Assembly (NCBI GenBank): GCA_027493875.1
Contig: JAOSJX010000008.1
Location: 1-64,000, forward strand
Reading direction: 5' to 3'
Length of the DNA: 64,000 bases
Origin: Deltaproteobacteria bacterium
Lineage (GTDB): Bacteria; Lernaellota; Lernaellaia; JACKCT01
The notes under the pieces are model-generated. The model did no database searches and was not told where the DNA came from. It worked only from the letters and a program-made list of their open reading frames with translations. Of the stretch, positions 1 to 9,701 are shown in pieces. Positions within the stretch are counted from its first letter, which is position 1. The number at the start of each line of letters is the position of its first letter. The position numbers and the translations under genes are program-made.

Positions 1-107
1 CTGACCGAACGTCCCGTGGCTTGGGCCAGCTCCTGCTGCGTCAGAGTCGGATACGCCTGCAACAAGTCACGGAGGCGAGCGCGGTCCACAATCCACGCCT
101 CTTCCAT
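1..107 (-). CDS. Partial CDS (runs off window start): HTH-domain protein N-terminus, MEEAWIVDRARLRDLLQAYPTLTQQELAQATGRS; could be IS630-type transposase or excisionase-like
   Basis: Reverse-strand translation of nt 1-107 gives a clean HTH-like N-terminus preceded by GGAGGG RBS; not in ORF track because truncated. Confidence 0.25.
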   Translation of the reverse strand, partial: MEEAWIVDRARLRDLLQAYPTLTQQELAQATGRSV

Positions 108-568
108 GCGACACCCTCCAAACCAACTTCTAACCGTTGGTCTGGATTGTACGCAGGCCGGGTCAGGAGCGGGTCACGAATCAGAGTAAACAACAGGGGG
201 TGACGACGGAGGAAAACAATACACGTGATCTCACCAGGTGAGCCTGGGGCGTTTGATCTGGCGCGCGACAGTGATGATCTGTTGGCGCAACAGCGGATTC
301 ACAGCGCTTAACGCAGACCGGCTGCCGATGAGGTCAGCAAGCGCGCCGATAACGGGGGGCGGCCGGTTTGGCCCAGGCGCGGAGTCGCCTGAGGATCCAG
401 GTCCTGACAAAGGCGACGATCATGGGAACAGCGACCTTTCTGGTGTGAGCGAGAAGGTCGCCATTCTACGTTGTGGCTCTCACCGAACAGAAAACGCGGC
501 GGATGGAGTTTTCGGCCCCCACAGGTATTCCCCGCTCCGCTCAAGCAGGGTGTCCCCTGGCGCGTTGT

Positions 569-1718
569 CTACGGTGCGGTTGCGCGCGCTGCATCGTACA
601 GGGCGCAGATGTTCTCCACCGGCACATCGTGTTGAAGGTTGTGCACGGCAGCCAGCATGTACCCTCCGCCTGGACCCAAATCGTGGAGACGCCGTTCGAC
701 CTCGGCGCGGACCTGTTCCGGCGTCCCGTGCGGCAGCACCTCCTGTGAGTCAATCGCGCCCCAAAATCCCAGATCGTCCCCGAACTCGCGCTTCAGGCGC
801 GCAGTGTCCATATCGCTGCAACTGACCTGGACCGGGTTGATTAAGTCTACGCCGATGTCGACAAAATCCGGCAAGAGCTTGTAGACCGATCCGCATGAGT
901 GAAACAGGAGCTTCGCCCGTGTGCTGGCGTGAATCATGTCAAAGAAACGCCTGTGTCGGGGCTTAATATAGTCCCGGTACATCTGCGGCGAGACGATCGG
1001 CCCGCGCTGGTCGGCCACGTCGTCCGGAGGTACTGACCACATCGACCAGATCGCCGACGTCTTGGAGCGCGTGCCCGGCAATGACCAGCCGGTATTCCAG
1101 AATCTTGTCCATGAGCGCGCACATCAGATTGGGCTGCAAAGCCAAGTCCATGAACCAGTTCGCAAAGCCGCGCATGTACTGTGTGGCGTGGACGATGATG
1201 TCGGGCAAGTGCAGCACCAGCGCGCAATCCGTCTCCCGGCGGATGCGGAGCGCCTCGTCGCGCAGGCCGCGCGTGTAGCCGGGGTCTTCAGGATCGGTGA
1301 AGGTCAGCCTGCGGATGACCTCCATTGACAGCTCATCGGCCAGCGGCGAGGCGGTCAGCTCAAAGTACGGCGCGCCGTTTACGGGCGCGCGGATCACGCC
1401 GAACTCGTCACGATACGCACCGCCGGGCAACTCCTCCTCCTGGCCGACATCGGCGCGACCGGTGAAAATGCCGCGCACATCGACGCCGAAGCGTTGCAGC
1501 ACGCGCTCGTCGATTTTCGCCAACCCCTGAAAGCGTGCGCCGTCAAAATCTTGCAGCAGCTTCACCTCGGCATCGATGCCAAGGTGATCGAGAAGCTTGC
1601 GATAGGCGAACAGGTTGATGCCTGTGTTGCGCGTCGCGCCCAGATCAATGGGCACGCGGTCAGGCTCCTTGTGGTTAAGCGCTGCGAGCACGCGCTCGCG
1701 GTGGGTCATGGTTGCCAT
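569..1718 (-). CDS. Uroporphyrinogen decarboxylase (URO-D) family protein, copy 1; two ORF pieces (963-1718 N-term, 569-1081 C-term) joined by a frameshift near 1040-1080
   Basis: N-term MATMTHRERVLAALNHKEPDRVPID and C-term PPDDVADQRGPIVSPQMYRDYIKP are typical URO-D/MtaA-like family; overlapping ORFs in different frames. Confidence 0.7.
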
Positions 1719-1737
1719 GCGTCATACCTCCCGCGCG

Positions 1738-3240
1738 CTAACCCGCGCCCTTCACGCAGCGCACTACGTCGCGCAAGACGCCTTCCACGTCGCCGGTGGC
1801 GGCGAACGAGTCCGCCTCAATCGCCAGCGGCGCGCCGATCACCACCAGCGGCGCACCATATCGAGGGCATTCGATGGCCTGTTCGATGCTCAGCCCGCCG
1901 ACCGCCTGCACCGGTACGTTGACGGCGTCAACTATCGAGGCAAGATCGTCGAGCGGGCTGGCCCCACGCACCATACGGCGCTCGTCGTATCCCGTGTGCA
2001 CGATGATGTAATCGACGCCCAGTGCTTCCATCGCTTTGGCGCACGCGATCTTGTCCGGTGCGGCAAGGACATCGCCCATGACTTTGATGTTGTAGTCGCG
2101 CGCGGCGCGCGCCACCGCCTTGATCGTCGCCGGGTGCGCGACCCCCATGACCACGACCATGTCCGCGCCGGCCTTTGCCATCATCTCCGCCTCAAGGTAG
2201 CCGCCGTCCATCGTCTTGAGATCGGCGATGATGGGTTTGTCCGGGAAACGCGCGCGCAGCGCCCGGATCGCGTGCAGGCCCTCGCCGAGGATAAGAGGCG
2301 TTCCCGCTTCGATCCAATCCACGCCAGCGCGCACTGCCTTCTCCGCGAGGTCGAGCGCCTCCGCGGTCGTCTCTACGTCAAGCGACACCTGCACAACCGG
2401 CTTCATCCGCTTGCGGCGAACCTGGTGCCAGGTCGAGCGCACATAGTCGATTGCACGGCGCAGCCCGTCCACGCCGTTCCGGCCGTTGTACTCAATCGAC
2501 ATCCAGCCCTCGTATCCAGCATCTTGCAGGATCTCGAACAGCGTCGGATAGTCCACCAGCCCTTCGCCAGCGGCAGCATGCGTGTACTCGTAGTGAGTCG
2601 CGCGGTCGGTGCAGTGGACATGAACCACGCGATCCACCACCTCGCGCAGCAGCGGCACCGGGTCCTGCCCGATCATGATTGGGTTGGCAAAGTCGAAGTT
2701 GACCTTGAGTGAGGTGTCTTTCAGGGTATTGAGGATTTCAAGGTAAACGTCGTGCTGCTGCGAAAAGTCGGGGCGCTTCCAGAAGTAGTCTTTGTAGTGA
2801 TTCTCGTATGCCAGCACGACGCCGTGTTCGTCCGCAAACGCCAGGCACTCACGCAGCGCCTCGACGACGTAGCCAACGCCCTCCGCCCGCGAAACATCGG
2901 GGTGTTCCTGCCCGGCGGTCACGCGCACGCAGCTCGCCTTGAGTTGCGCTGCAACCGCGATGTCCGCTTTGAGCTTGCGCACCTGCGCGGCGCGGTACTC
3001 CGGATCGGGGTTGGTGAAATCGGGCGCGCCTATGTACTGGCTCACGGCCAACCCGTGCTGCTGCAGCGCCTCCTGAATTTGGCGCACGTAACCCGGCTCG
3101 TAGCTCTCCATGCAGTTGTGCTGTATCTCGGTGCCGTAGAGGTTTAGCTCATCGACAATGTTGAACCAGTCCTCCAGGGTCATCGTTTTGTCGAAGACCA
3201 TCTGTTTGAAGAACAGGATTGAGTTGACGCTCAGCTTCAT
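1738..3240 (-). CDS. Fusion protein: N-terminal xylose-isomerase-like TIM barrel sugar-phosphate isomerase/epimerase (UlaE/SgbU-like) + C-terminal KGPDC/HPS/OMPDC-superfamily domain (UlaD or hexulose-6-P synthase-like)
   Basis: 500 aa ORF; N-half has isomerase/epimerase TIM barrel features (HVHCTD, YEGWMSIEYNG); C-half has DLKTMDGG...VMGVA...HTGYD motifs of KGPDC/HPS. Confidence 0.7.
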   Translation of the reverse strand: MKLSVNSILFFKQMVFDKTMTLEDWFNIVDELNLYGTEIQHNCMESYEPGYVRQIQEALQQHGLAVSQYIGAPDFTNPDPEYRAAQVRKLKADIAVAAQLKASCVRVTAGQEHPDVSRAEGVGYVVEALRECLAFADEHGVVLAYENHYKDYFWKRPDFSQQHDVYLEILNTLKDTSLKVNFDFANPIMIGQDPVPLLREVVDRVVHVHCTDRATHYEYTHAAAGEGLVDYPTLFEILQDAGYEGWMSIEYNGRNGVDGLRRAIDYVRSTWHQVRRKRMKPVVQVSLDVETTAEALDLAEKAVRAGVDWIEAGTPLILGEGLHAIRALRARFPDKPIIADLKTMDGGYLEAEMMAKAGADMVVVMGVAHPATIKAVARAARDYNIKVMGDVLAAPDKIACAKAMEALGVDYIIVHTGYDERRMVRGASPLDDLASIVDAVNVPVQAVGGLSIEQAIECPRYGAPLVVIGAPLAIEADSFAATGDVEGVLRDVVRCVKGAG

Positions 3241-3300
3241 GAGTTCCTCCCGTCGTTGAAAATCGAGGCGTCGCCTGTTTTACCTTGGCAATCGGGTATG

Positions 3301-4638
3301 TTATCGCGCGCGCACCTGGTCGGGGAAGGCCTGCTTCACCGCCTGCATTGCCGCCTCGATGCCCTCCAGCGCGCGGTCGATGTGTGGCCCTGTGTGCGCG
3401 ATGGAGAACCCGTGATGCGCAACGTTGCCCCCATAGTCATGGAAGTATATTCCACGTTCATAGCACGCCCGCAGAAACGTGAGCATCATCGGGACGCTGT
3501 GCCTTGCCGCTTGGCGGTAGTTCGTGACCGGCTCGTCCACCCCGAAGTAGATCGTAAAGCGCGCGCCCAGATGCTGAAGCCGCGCCTTGACGCGCGTGCG
3601 GCGCAAGATGTCTTCGATTCCGCCATAAAGCCGGTCGCCGATCCCGTTCAAGCGCGCGTAAAAGCCTGGCGCTGAGATTTCCTCCAGCGCCGCCAGCGCC
3701 CCCAGCACCGGGACCAGGTGGCCCATATAGGTGCCGCTGTGCTGGCACTTGCCCACCGGCTTGTAGTGCGCCATGATCTCCCGCTTGCCGGTGATGGCGC
3801 TGAGCGGCAGCCCGCCGCCGATGGCTTTGCCCAGCACCGCCAGATCGGGTGTCACGCCCAGGTACTCCTGCGCCCCGCCGGGGGCCATGCGGAACGCGGT
3901 CAGCACTTCATCGAAGAACAGAACGATGCCGTGCCGGGTCGCCAGTTCGCGCACGCGCTCGACGAAGCCGGGAAGAGGGAGGATGCAGCCGGCGTCGTAG
4001 TTGATCGGCTCCATGATGATCGCCGCGAGTTCGTCGGCGTGCGCCGCAACCGCACGTTCGAAACCCTCAAGATCGTTGAAGGGCACGATGATGATGTACT
4101 GCTTCATGCCTTCTGGGGTGCCAGCAGATTCGATGTAAGGCACCGGCGCTTCAGGCGGCCCGGCCTGGTCGAGCGGAGGCGCGGAACTGAAATAGACATA
4201 ATCCTGGTAGCCATGAAAGTGCCCCTCAAACTTGAGGATTTTCTCGCGCCCGGTGTACGCGCGCGCCAGGCGCAGCCCGTGCATGATCGCCTCCGTGCCG
4301 GAGCCAGCGTAGCGGACCATCTCCGCGCCGGGCACCAGCCCAGCAATCTTTTTGGCAAGCGCCACGTGATACACGGTGTCATATGAGCAGATGATGCCCA
4401 TATCCAGCGCCTGCCGGATGGCGGCTTTGATTTTGGGGTGGTTATGCCCAAGCAACGACGCGCCGTGCGAGACGCACATGTCAACGTACTCCCGCCCATC
4501 CAGGTCGTAGATCAGGCAGCCGTCGCCGCGCGCGATATACATGGGGTAGCCCAACGCCCGGTTGAAGCGCACCGACGCGGAGACGCCGCCGGGCAAATAT
4601 GCCTGCGCTTCCTCGTAGAGCTGTTGTGTCAAGTTCAT
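3301..4638 (-). CDS. Class III (PLP) aminotransferase, glutamate-1-semialdehyde aminomutase-like
   Basis: GSGTEA...DEV...GKAIGGG motifs; start ATG at 4638 overlaps stop of upstream MBL gene (ATGA coupling) with GAGAGGA RBS. Confidence 0.75.
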   Translation of the reverse strand: MNLTQQLYEEAQAYLPGGVSASVRFNRALGYPMYIARGDGCLIYDLDGREYVDMCVSHGASLLGHNHPKIKAAIRQALDMGIICSYDTVYHVALAKKIAGLVPGAEMVRYAGSGTEAIMHGLRLARAYTGREKILKFEGHFHGYQDYVYFSSAPPLDQAGPPEAPVPYIESAGTPEGMKQYIIIVPFNDLEGFERAVAAHADELAAIIMEPINYDAGCILPLPGFVERVRELATRHGIVLFFDEVLTAFRMAPGGAQEYLGVTPDLAVLGKAIGGGLPLSAITGKREIMAHYKPVGKCQHSGTYMGHLVPVLGALAALEEISAPGFYARLNGIGDRLYGGIEDILRRTRVKARLQHLGARFTIYFGVDEPVTNYRQAARHSVPMMLTFLRACYERGIYFHDYGGNVAHHGFSIAHTGPHIDRALEGIEAAMQAVKQAFPDQVRAR

Positions 4639-5594
4639 GCCTGTCCTCTCTCTGATGAGACCCAAACCGAATAGCCTGGCCCCTCCACCGCCCTGGCGCG
4701 TCCCTGCGATACGAGCCGGCTGAGGTGTGCGCGCGCGGTGAGGCGCCAGGTCGCCCCCGGCGGCCCGACCCGCGCCTCCAGCCCCTCGACCGCCTCGCGG
4801 AAGCTCAGCGCTTCGGCATGTGCGAGCAGCTCCAGCAGAGCGCGCTCGCAGCGCGCGACGAAAGCCCGGCTCTCTTCCAGAAAGGCGGGGACCTCGCCGC
4901 CGCTCATCACCGGGTAATGCGTGGCGAGAATGTACTCCGGCGCGAGCGCCTCAACCGTGGCGATGGAATTCAGGTAGTCGTCTGCGTCGAAGTAGGGGGG
5001 CGGGCTGGCGGGTCTCCCTGCCAGCGAGATCACGCCCGCGCCCAGGATTGCGTCGCCGATGAAGATCGCGCGGTGACGCGGATCCCACACGCTGAGATGG
5101 CCTGGCGTGTGGCCCGGGGTATGAAGGAGCGTGATGCGCCAATTGTCACCCAGGTCGATGACCTCGCCATCCTCCGCGGCCCAATCCACAGGGACCGGTG
5201 GGCCGAACAGCGCGCGCGTGCTCGTAAACGCCACCTCCGGCCAGGGGTAGCCCAGCCGCGCGGCGTCGGCGAAGTTCTCGGCGAGGTGATGCTCCACGTC
5301 GGTGATCGAATCCACGTCGAGCCGGTGCGCGATGATCTGAACGCGCGGCGCGGCCCGGCGCAGCGCGGCGTTTCCGCCGAAGTGGTCCGCCGAGGCATGG
5401 GTCACGATCACGGCGGCAATCTCGGCCGGTGGGACGCCGACGCGCTCCAGGTACGGGAAGATCAGGGCATCCGGCGTGGAGGGAACGCCACTGTCGATGA
5501 GGACAGTTGCTTGAGGCCCGCGCAGCAGGTACACACACAGCGCGTTCCCGTTGAACTCGCCCTCGATGCGGTGAACGTCCGGCCAGAGCAGCAT
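4635..5594 (-). CDS. MBL-fold metallo-hydrolase
   Basis: HASADHFGG ... HTPGHTPGH metal-binding motifs. Confidence 0.7.
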   Translation of the reverse strand: MLLWPDVHRIEGEFNGNALCVYLLRGPQATVLIDSGVPSTPDALIFPYLERVGVPPAEIAAVIVTHASADHFGGNAALRRAAPRVQIIAHRLDVDSITDVEHHLAENFADAARLGYPWPEVAFTSTRALFGPPVPVDWAAEDGEVIDLGDNWRITLLHTPGHTPGHLSVWDPRHRAIFIGDAILGAGVISLAGRPASPPPYFDADDYLNSIATVEALAPEYILATHYPVMSGGEVPAFLEESRAFVARCERALLELLAHAEALSFREAVEGLEARVGPPGATWRLTARAHLSRLVSQGRARAVEGPGYSVWVSSERGQA

Positions 5595-5606
5595 AGTCGT
5601 CGTCGA

Positions 5607-6389
5607 TTATCCCAAGTCGGCGCGATGGATGGCGAGCCGCACGCCCTGCCCGCCGTCCACAAAGACGATCTGCCCGGTGATGAAGGCCGCCTCGTCCGAC
5701 GCGAGGAAGGCGACCAGGCCGGCCACGTCCTCCGGGAAGCCGACGCGACCCAGCGGGACGTTCTTCGCCGCCTCGTCACGGTCGTACCAGGGAAACTGCT
5801 CGTAGTAACGCTCGACCTCGATAAGCCCAGGCGCGACGCAGTTGACGGTGATCTTCTGAGGGGCGAGTTCCAGCGCCAGGCTGCGGGTGACCATGTTCAT
5901 CCCGCCTTTGGAAGCGGCGTAAGGGCTGAACGACGGCGCGGTAAGCGCGCCGTGGATCGATCCAATGAAGATGATCCGCCCACCGCCCTGCTCTACCATC
6001 TGCTGTGCGGCGACCTGCGCGCAGAAATACGCCGACTTGAGGTTGACGCTCAGCGTCCGGTCCCAGAGGTCCTCGGTCACGTCGAAGAAGAAGGCCTCTG
6101 TGCTCAGCGCGGCGTTGTTCACCAGGATGTCCAGCCTGCCGAACAGCTCAATCGCGCGCTCGACCATCGCCCTGCCCTCGGAGGCATGAATCAGGTTGCC
6201 CTGCAACGCGATCGCGTGGCCTCCGGCTTCCTCGATCAGATGGACGGTCTCCACTGCGCCCTCGGCGCTGGTGTTGTAATGCACGGCGACGCGCGCGCCG
6301 CAGGCGGCCAGCTTCACGGCGATGCCGCGTCCGATCCCGGTGCCGGCGCCGGTAACAACCGCCGCTTTGCCTGTGAGGTCGATGGACAT
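5607..6389 (-). CDS. SDR family NAD(P)-dependent oxidoreductase
   Basis: TGAGTGIGRG Rossmann motif, NNAA, S...YAASK catalytic tetrad. Confidence 0.8.
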   Translation of the reverse strand: MSIDLTGKAAVVTGAGTGIGRGIAVKLAACGARVAVHYNTSAEGAVETVHLIEEAGGHAIALQGNLIHASEGRAMVERAIELFGRLDILVNNAALSTEAFFFDVTEDLWDRTLSVNLKSAYFCAQVAAQQMVEQGGGRIIFIGSIHGALTAPSFSPYAASKGGMNMVTRSLALELAPQKITVNCVAPGLIEVERYYEQFPWYDRDEAAKNVPLGRVGFPEDVAGLVAFLASDEAAFITGQIVFVDGGQGVRLAIHRADLG

Positions 6390-6419
6390 CGATGGGTGCT
6401 CCTTGCGTGAAAGGTCGGA

Positions 6420-7277
6420 CTATTTCACCGCCCCGGCGGTCATTCCCTGGACGACCCACCGTTGCAGGAAGATGAACACTACCATCAGAGGCACGCTGCC
6501 GACGGTGTTCATGGTCATGATGCGCGCCCAGTCGCGCCCGAACTGGGTAAAGAACTCGGCGATACCGATGGTTAACGGCGCGACGTTGGGGCCGGTGGTC
6601 AGGATCACCGCGAACAGCAACTCATTCCACGCACCCAGGAACGCCATTGTCCCGGTGGCGATCAGGCCGGGCAGCGCGAGCGGCATCACCACGCGCGCTA
6701 ACGCCCGAAGCCGGGTGCACCCATCGACCATCGCCGCCTCTTCCAGGTCAAGGGGGATGCTGTCCAGGTATCCCTTGAGTATCCAGATTGTCATCGGAAG
6801 AATGAACGACGAATCCGCCACCACCAACGCCAGGTAGGTGTTGTAGATGCGCAGCGACTGCGCCATGTTGTAATACGGGATAATCAGCGCTACGGCGGGC
6901 AGCATCTGCAACGCCAGGATACCGGTCAGGATCAACCGCCCACCCTTGATCTTGAAGCGCGAGAAACCATATGCCGCCAGCGATCCCAACGCCAGGCACA
7001 CGACTGCGGTCAGACCGGCGATGACATAACTGTTGAAGAAGAAGCGCATCTGCCGCCCGTTGCTGAACAGTTCTTCATAATACTCAAGATTAATCTGGCG
7101 CGGCAGCCAGACCGGCGGCAGGGATAGTGTCTCCTCCACGGGGCGGATCGACGCGAAGACCATCCAGATGATGGGGAAGATAATCACCACCACGGCGAAG
7201 AGTGTCACAGTGAGCAGGGATGCCTGCCACGCCCCCGCGCGCCAGTTGCGTTCAGAGCGCCGTCGTGGTTTCGCCAT
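6420..7277 (-). CDS. Carbohydrate ABC transporter permease (MalG-like)
   Basis: EAAMVDGCTRLRALARVVMPLALPGL EAA loop; 6 TM; likely start at internal M (MAKPRRR). Confidence 0.75.
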   Translation of the reverse strand: MAKPRRRSERNWRAGAWQASLLTVTLFAVVVIIFPIIWMVFASIRPVEETLSLPPVWLPRQINLEYYEELFSNGRQMRFFFNSYVIAGLTAVVCLALGSLAAYGFSRFKIKGGRLILTGILALQMLPAVALIIPYYNMAQSLRIYNTYLALVVADSSFILPMTIWILKGYLDSIPLDLEEAAMVDGCTRLRALARVVMPLALPGLIATGTMAFLGAWNELLFAVILTTGPNVAPLTIGIAEFFTQFGRDWARIMTMNTVGSVPLMVVFIFLQRWVVQGMTAGAVK

Positions 7278-8211
7278 ACATCTGCTCCCGTGCGGTGAAC
7301 ATGCGCAGATAGACGAGCACGCCAATTGAGAGCACAACCACCATCATCACGCTGATCGCCGCGCCGTAGCCGAAATTCACGTCCCTAAAGCCAGTCTGCC
7401 ACACGTAGTAAGCGATGGTCTCGGTCGAGCGTATGGGGCCGCCGAAGGTCATCAGCTTCACCAGGTCGAAATGGCCGAAGGTCGTGATGATGTCGATCGT
7501 GCTAATCGCCAGGATGACCGGGCGCATCATCGGCAACGTAATATGCCGGAAGCGCTGGAGCCGGCCCGCGCCGTCCACGCGGCTCACCTCGTAGAGTTCG
7601 ACCGGGATCGACTGCAAGCCGCCGAGGATCATCACCATATAGAACGGGAACGTCTTCCACACGTTGACCAGGACCAACGACATCAGCGCGAGGGCGCGGT
7701 CGCCCAGGAACTCGACCGGCTCGCTGGCAAGGCCGCTGCTCATGAGCAGATAGTTCAGCGTGCCGAAGGGGTGGTAGAGCAAGCCCCAAATCAGCGCCGA
7801 GGCCGCCGTCGAAAAAAGCCAGGGTAAGATCAGGACGCCGCGCGTGAAGTTGCGCACCTCCGCGCTCAACCACTGCTCGTTGAGGAGCAGCGCCAACACC
7901 CCGCCGATGAGCAGGTGCAGCACAACAGAGGCGGCGGTGAAAATGACGGTGTTGCGCACGCTGTTCCACAGGGTGCTATCGTCGAGCAGCGCCGCATAGT
8001 TGTCCAGCCCGACATACTCTTGTGTGCGCTCGCGGGTGTCGATCTGAGTGAAACTGGTCACAAAAACGTTCGCCAGCGGGTAGACCATTACCACGAGCAG
8101 AAAGATGACCGCCGGCGCGATGAACAGATAGCCCCTGGACTGCTTGATCCAGGATTGCAGACGCCTCTGCGCAGGGACAGCCATCGTACTGGCCCTAGCT
8201 CTCGTCGTCAT
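7252..8211 (-). CDS. Carbohydrate ABC transporter permease (MalF-like)
   Basis: Binding-protein-dependent transport inner membrane component; SRVDGAGRLQRFRHITLP EAA-like loop. Confidence 0.75.
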   Translation of the reverse strand: MTTRARASTMAVPAQRRLQSWIKQSRGYLFIAPAVIFLLVVMVYPLANVFVTSFTQIDTRERTQEYVGLDNYAALLDDSTLWNSVRNTVIFTAASVVLHLLIGGVLALLLNEQWLSAEVRNFTRGVLILPWLFSTAASALIWGLLYHPFGTLNYLLMSSGLASEPVEFLGDRALALMSLVLVNVWKTFPFYMVMILGGLQSIPVELYEVSRVDGAGRLQRFRHITLPMMRPVILAISTIDIITTFGHFDLVKLMTFGGPIRSTETIAYYVWQTGFRDVNFGYGAAISVMMVVVLSIGVLVYLRMFTAREQMYGETTTAL

Positions 8212-8314
8212 AGCACCCTCTCTGTGACAAAGCGCTGCCTGATGCCGTTTCCTGCCGAGGGCGCTGCCCCGCGCCGGGGCGGTGCGAGGCAGCGCCTGCT
8301 TTCAGGAAGAGTCT

Positions 8315-9589
8315 TTACTCTTCGCGCACTTTGTCGATTTCCTCCTGCCACACGGCGGCGGCCTCATCCAGGGCCTCCTGGGCGGACTTGTCGCCGGCCA
8401 GAATCTCCTGGATGGCGAGCATCAGCGTGTCGTGCGTCGTCTCGTACTCCGGGATGGGTTGTTGGAAGTAGTTATACTCCGGGTCTTGCGTCAGCATCGC
8501 CGGGATCTCGCGCAAGATGGGGTCCTCGCTGGTCGCGAGCACCTCGTCGAGCACGACGTTGCAGCCGTAGGGGATGCTGGTGGCCTCGGTCATCATCACG
8601 GCGACCTCAGGGCTGAGCAGGTATTGCAGGAAGAGCCAGGCCTCTTCCTTGTGCTCAGAGTTGGCCGCCATCGCCAGGCCGCTGCCGGACCACATATAGC
8701 CGCCGGTCTCGTTCTGCCAGGCGGGCGCATACGCGACCCTCATGTCGGGGTTGACCTGATGCGCGATGGTGCCGATGAACGGGCCGTCCCAGATCATGGC
8801 GATCCGCCCGGTGGAGAAGTACTCGCGGGTGCTGGTGTGCGTCTCGGCCAACGAGCCGGGCACGGCCAGGCCGGCGTCGTAGAATTCCTTCCACATCTCC
8901 ATCGCCTGGACGCCTTCGGGTGAGGTGAAGTTGGGGTTGCCCTCCTCATCCAGGAAGTGGCCGCCCAACTGCTGCATCAGGTCGGCGAGGTAGAAGTATA
9001 CGGCGGAGTTGTTTTGCCCGGCGGAGATGGCGAAGCCATAGACGCCTGCGTCCTCGTTGCGCAGGGCTTCGGCGGCGGCGACGAAATCGTCCCAGTTCGT
9101 GGGCGGCTCGACACCGGCGGCCTCGAGCATGTCGATATTGTAGGCAAGCCCGTATGGCAAAATGTACCAGTAGATCATCTCGGTCATGCCGGCCCACTGC
9201 ACGGCGGTGCCCGGCACGCGCTGGGCCTGCCACTCCTCCGGCGCCTGCGCGATCCAGGGGCCGAGGTCCTCGAAGAGGCCGAGCTTGTCCAGGCCGGTCA
9301 TCCAGATCCATTCCATGCCGACCACGTCATACATGGCGGTGGGCGATTGCGCGCTGGTGACCAGGTTCTCGTACATGTTGCCCCAGGGTACGGCGGTGCG
9401 GTTGATCTTGATGTTGGGATACATCTCTTCAAACCCGGCGACGAGCTGGTCCATCGTCTCGACGCTGAACTCCGGGTCCCACCACTCCAGCCAGTTAAGC
9501 GTGACCTCTTCCTGCGCCACCGACGCCGCCGGCAGCGTCAGCGCGATGACCAATGTGAGTGCGACGGCGATCAAGACTGGGCGTTTCAT
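8315..9589 (-). CDS. ABC transporter extracellular solute-binding protein (family 1, sugar-type) with signal peptide
   Basis: Signal peptide MKRPVLIAVALTLVIALTLPAASVA; SBP_bac_1-like composition. Confidence 0.75.
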   Translation of the reverse strand: MKRPVLIAVALTLVIALTLPAASVAQEEVTLNWLEWWDPEFSVETMDQLVAGFEEMYPNIKINRTAVPWGNMYENLVTSAQSPTAMYDVVGMEWIWMTGLDKLGLFEDLGPWIAQAPEEWQAQRVPGTAVQWAGMTEMIYWYILPYGLAYNIDMLEAAGVEPPTNWDDFVAAAEALRNEDAGVYGFAISAGQNNSAVYFYLADLMQQLGGHFLDEEGNPNFTSPEGVQAMEMWKEFYDAGLAVPGSLAETHTSTREYFSTGRIAMIWDGPFIGTIAHQVNPDMRVAYAPAWQNETGGYMWSGSGLAMAANSEHKEEAWLFLQYLLSPEVAVMMTEATSIPYGCNVVLDEVLATSEDPILREIPAMLTQDPEYNYFQQPIPEYETTHDTLMLAIQEILAGDKSAQEALDEAAAVWQEEIDKVREE

Positions 9590-9701
9590 GGTTCCTCCTC
9601 GCTCTCTTTACCAAACAGATGCCCGGTCAGGTTTAGGCGCGCTTGTCGACTCAGTTGTTCTGCTTCACCTCCTCCTGGAAACTCACTGCACCCACGCAGG
9701 G

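Noticed and set aside
4725-6410. 561-aa plus-strand ORF
   Set aside because: Antisense to the MBL hydrolase and SDR genes, which have clear motifs. Its translation is Arg-rich and low-complexity.
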